Assembly: GCA_963796125.1 (NCBI GenBank)
Contig: CAWCKM010000052.1
Span: 238 to 64,237, forward strand
Direction of reading: 5' to 3'
DNA length: 64,000 bases
Source of the DNA: Nitrospirota bacterium
Lineage (GTDB): Bacteria > Nitrospirota > Thermodesulfovibrionia > Thermodesulfovibrionales > SM23-35
Part shown: piece after piece, positions 60,819 to 64,000 of the stretch
Position numbering within the stretch: position 1 is the first letter of the stretch
How the letters are laid out: each line of letters opens with the position of its first letter
Program-made: the position numbers and the translations under genes
The notes under the pieces: model-generated
Seen by the model: the letters and a program-made list of their open reading frames with translations, nothing else
Database searches by the model: none
What the model was told of the DNA's origin: nothing

Positions 60819-61411
60819 ATGAAGAAAATATTGAAGATTAGCGGCATATTTCTCTTTGGCGTCCTTGCCGGCGCGATCCTAATGAATCTCCTTTATATGT
60901 TTATGTGCGGCCTACTTATCGCCACATGATACGAACGGAAATAAAAACGGATCAGCAATTCTTGGCAAGCCGCGCAACTCGTGAGGGCAATAAACTCGAA
61001 GCCGCTATGCACAGGTGGTTTGTTTTAGAAATGGATTCGGAAAAAAGCCGTCATGAAAAAAGCGATAAAAAAGCGGATTCTTCATTCCTATTCCTTTTTT
61101 ATATGACTTCCCTGAGAATGATGGAAGACTCAAATACAAAACAAGGAACAAAAGATTACCGAAATGTTGTCGAAGGTATGGAGCGCGCATGGTTAGCCGC
61201 TGCTCTCGAAGACATTAATGAAAAGCAAGAGGCATCAAAACAATGGGTTAAAGCCCAAACATTGTTAGGGGAAAGCTCAGTCGAAAATACGCAGAAGCTC
61301 ATTCATAATATACTGGAAAAGGAAAAGACCGCTACATACATTGAGGGCGAGAAGATGATTTTGGGAGACACAAACCAGGCCCAACAAAAAAATCGAGGCG
61401 ACAGGGAATAA
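60819..61411 (+). CDS. Hypothetical membrane-anchored protein, probably one gene with a frameshift near 60905.
   Basis: MKKILKISGIFLFGVLAGAILMNLLYMF (signal/TM) runs into ORF 60905-61411 in another frame. No family recognised. Confidence 0.45.
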
Positions 61412-61586
61412 GCTCGGCGGGTTTTCAGAGGCTGGTTACCCCTGCGCCTCATTTTCAGCGTTCGGCGAACATGGCGGGCGACAAATGAAAATATCGCCCG
61501 CAGATTATTAATAACAGCATTAATAAAAAAGACAACAACAATGAAATCACCATCAAAAGATTAATAAAAACATCGTGTGTCCGCCG

Positions 61587-61678
61587 AATGCGAGGATGAG
61601 TAATCCTGTGTTCGGCAATAGAGGACGCCGAACAAGAGGATCGACCGCACAGTGAAAACGTGCGTTCATCCTCGCATT
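61587..61678 (+). other. Structured element of 92 nt with a three-way-junction shape. Possible leader or ncRNA, or a protein-binding palindrome set.
   Basis: A perfect 13-bp outer stem (AATGCGAGGATGA 61587-61599 / TCATCCTCGCATT 61666-61678) encloses hairpins TGTTCGGC...GCCGAACA (61609-61634) and CGCAC...GTGCG (61646-61664). It ends 24 nt before the ATG at 61703. Confidence 0.4.
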
Positions 61679-61702
61679 AGACCATTATAAAAGGGGAGAA
61701 AG

Positions 61703-62770
61703 ATGACCAAGAAAATCATAGAAAAGAAACAACTTTCATCTAAGCCGGTACCTCCGAAGAAAATATCTGTTTTGTTATCTCACCAATAGGCAAAGAAAGC
61801 CAAAGCTTCATTCTGACTTTAAAGAAGTTCTGGATTATATTATCAAACCAGCCTTTGAAGAATCTGGATTTAATCATAAAGTTGTACGCGCTGATGAAAT
61901 CGATCGTTCTGGTTCTTTTATTAGAGACATACTCGAAAATATATATTCATCGCATATCGTCATTGCAGACCTGACAGGCCAAAATCCAAATGTCTTTTAT
62001 GAACTTGGCGTTCGTCATAGCCTGCGTCCAAGGACGATATTAATTGCTCAGAATGTTGACGATATTCCCTCAGATTTAAGGGAATATCGAACCATTATTT
62101 ACGATACAACTGCGAAGGGCGCTGCCGCATTTAGAAAGCGCATTAAGGGAATTCTTAAATGAAATCCACAAAGAACCGGAGCGCCATGATAATCCTGTTT
62201 TAGATAGGCTTGGCAGCATTATTGAAAACAAACTCGCTCGTGTTGAATACGAAAGAAACTCACTGAAAGAGGAACTCTCCAAAATCTTAAGTGGCAGAAC
62301 TGCACCTGTTGAAAAGCAACCGCAAAAAGGTGTGCGAAAACGATTTGAAAGACTTCTCAGTCTTAAAGGCGCGTGTAAGGCAGAACCCCTGCGGAGGGAA
62401 GTTTCTCAAGAGGGACAGAGAACTTTTCATTGCCTACAGAGCAAGGCAGTTTTAAACTTTATTTTACTTAAACAAAGGGGACAAAATTGTCGGTTTTTGG
62501 TATGTCTCTATGAGTGATGGCGCTGTAAATATAGATGAAGAACTGTCTGACATAAGGATATTATTGGAAGCATGCTCGACCGGTCAAAATGTAAAAATTG
62601 AATTTATACTTGTCTTCAGATCCGATCTTATAAATAAAGACGAGTATCAAAAAAAGTTTAAAAAGATGAAAACCTTTATCCCCGATGCTCAAAGGAGCAA
62701 CTTCAATTTAAACCTGCTCGATCCTTCTGAGCTTGAAATTTGGGAAAAAGAACTTGGACTGAAAATATAA
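61703..62770 (+). pseudogene. Protein with an N-terminal nucleoside-2-deoxyribosyltransferase/TIR-like Rossmannoid domain, a coiled coil and an unknown C-terminal domain. At least 5 frameshifts.
   Basis: Reconstructed across frames: CFVISPIGKE...HSDFKEVLDYIIKPAFEESGF...RADEIDRSGSFIRDIL...IVIADLTGQNPNVFYELGVRHSL...TILIAQ. This is followed by EIHKEPERHDNPVLDRLGSIIENKLARVEYERNSLKEEL and then ORF 62510-62770. Confidence 0.5.
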
Positions 62771-62908
62771 GCAAAAACATATTTAACCTTTATAAGGCCC
62801 CGCACTGTCAATAGAAAAAACGATCCTAATCGGAAATTGAATAAATTATTTCCTCAAATGTATTAGATTGCGCAGTAAGCTCTGACTTGGTTTCCAAAAA
62901 CGGCGTCA

Positions 62909-63130
62909 ATGAAAGATCTGCACAAAAAGTTAGCGATAGCATTGGGTGATTTGATTGACCGATTAAAGCATCCGAATCAGACAAAATATCCGAACCAGAA
63001 GGTTTTTCTTGTAAAAATCGAAGATTATATCTATTCTGTGCCCTATATTGAAGATGATGAGAAAATATTTTTAAAGACAATAATACCAAACAGCAAAGCA
63101 ACAAAAAAGTATTTAGGAGGGAAAAAATGA
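62909..63130 (+). CDS. BrnT-like (DUF497-related) toxin remnant. The N-terminal FEWDE-type segment is missing or degraded.
   Basis: HPNQTKYPNQKVFLVKIEDYIYSVPYIEDDEKIFLKTIIPNSKATKKY matches the C-terminal two-thirds of this small toxin family. Stop codons lie just upstream in frame. Confidence 0.6.
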   Translation: MKDLHKKLAIALGDLIDRLKHPNQTKYPNQKVFLVKIEDYIYSVPYIEDDEKIFLKTIIPNSKATKKYLGGKK

Positions 63131-63405
63131 AAAAAGCAAAATATTTAGATAAAGAAGAAAGAGAGTTGGCCCAGTCACTTGAAAAAGAAGAATGGGTTTC
63201 CGACCTTACTAAAAAGGAAAGGAAACAATATGAGGAGTATGCCCGCTATAGCCTGAATAAACAAAAGAGGATTAACATTAGAATGAGCGAACGGGATTTA
63301 AAGAAAATTAGGGCAAAGGCAATCGAGGAGGGAATTCCTTATCAATCCCTTATTTCAATGCTGATTCATAAATACAATGAAGGCAAGGTATCAATTAATC
63401 GATAA
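63127..63405 (+). CDS. CopG/RHH-type antitoxin partner.
   Basis: KQKRINIRMSERDLKKIRAKAIEEGIPYQSLISMLIHKYNEGK. Has a 4-nt ATGA overlap with the toxin ORF. Confidence 0.75.
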   Translation: MKKAKYLDKEERELAQSLEKEEWVSDLTKKERKQYEEYARYSLNKQKRINIRMSERDLKKIRAKAIEEGIPYQSLISMLIHKYNEGKVSINR

Positions 63406-63754
63406 ATAGCCCAACAAAAAAATTCAGCGGATTGCTGATAGCCACCGCTGATTTTAGTCGTAAAGCATAATATATGAAACGTATTGTTTATCACGTAATA
63501 ATTCCTGCCATCATGCCGGCTCTTTTCTTGTAATAGCTTCGATACCTGTTGAAGTACTGGGATGTCGTACACGGGGGTTAATTGCGCTGCTGATTGCTCT
63601 TCTTAGTGGTATGGCAGCATTGGGTGCTGCAATCATAGGGCTAAGGGCAGGATGCGAGGCGATGTTTATGCTATTTGGTGGGTGGCAAGTTCACTGATTT
63701 TGACGTTACCGGTTATTGCTCTCATCATTCTGGCATAGTGATCCTGAGAAATTG

Positions 63755-64000
63755 CTATTTCCTGCTTCTGAAAACAAGTATCCCTGGTTTATCAGCCATA
63801 TAATCTCTAAAATCCTGATCAACTACTTTTCTATATTCTGTGAGAGATGAAGCGTGTCTCAAAAAAAAGTCATTCTCCTTTTTAATAAAAATCCCCACAT
63901 GGGAGACATCTAACCCTTGTTTTTCAGAATAGATACCGATGTAATCACCGGTTCTCAACTCACTAGAATAGCATCGTCAATCATATCCACTGGAAGATAT
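63755..64000 (-). pseudogene. C-terminal part of a DUF1460 (N-acetylmuramoyl-L-alanine amidase-like) protein. The gene continues beyond the window, with a frameshift near 63965.
   Basis: ELRTGDYIGIYSEKQGLDVSHVGIFIKKENDFFLRHASS...GILVFR. The upstream part (LPVDMIDDAILV) is in another frame. Confidence 0.5.

Noticed and set aside
61587-61678. A hammerhead ribozyme or an integron attC site as the explanation for the nested hairpins.
   Set aside because: The GAUGAG-like string is buried in the perfect outer stem, and the CUGANGA / GAAA / cleavage-site geometry cannot be assembled. GTTCGGC does not fit the GTTRRRY core, and no integrase gene is nearby.

Overview
The window is a composite of two very different sequences. 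Positions 1 to about 6700 are very GC-rich (roughly 70% by eye, open in all six frames). They carry two large minus-strand genes typical of a restriction-modification or DISARM-like defence module. One is a giant N6-adenine DNA methyltransferase with DIAMGSGHFLV and NPPW motifs. The other is a helicase that fuses a PLD (HKD) nuclease domain to an SNF2 core. Both are broken by many frameshifts. From about 6780 onward the sequence is 30-50% GC and looks like the chromosome of a low-GC, Gram-negative-type anaerobe whose phylum cannot be told from sequence alone. This part contains: an NHEJ operon (two tandem Ku genes, a stand-alone LigD polymerase, and a LigD phosphoesterase-ligase); a Cys-rich sensor kinase next to a TusA-like gene; a complete dcw cluster (mraZ-rsmH-ftsL-ftsI-murE-murF-mraY-[D,D-carboxypeptidase]-murD-ftsW-murG-murC-murB-ddl-ftsQ-ftsA-ftsZ) with a recognisable Pmra promoter and MraZ operator; HU; a DHH-CBS-poly(A) polymerase fusion; a c-di-GMP signalling neighbourhood (two GGDEF proteins, a REC-HD-GYP regulator, and a giant kinase with two kinase cores); an AT-rich six-gene type II FAS/PKS-like cluster (KR, non-catalytic KS partner, ACP, dehydratase, KS, and KS fused to a CrtI-like FAD oxidoreductase); PolX; a nagZ-ampG peptidoglycan-recycling pair; and a toxin-antitoxin-rich accessory islet at the right end. 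Many genes, including essential ones (murD, rsmH), carry frameshifts or an in-frame stop, so assembly indel errors are a serious alternative to real pseudogenes. I recognised no rRNA, tRNA or CRISPR array. All domain calls come from motif recognition in the supplied translations. No database search was run.
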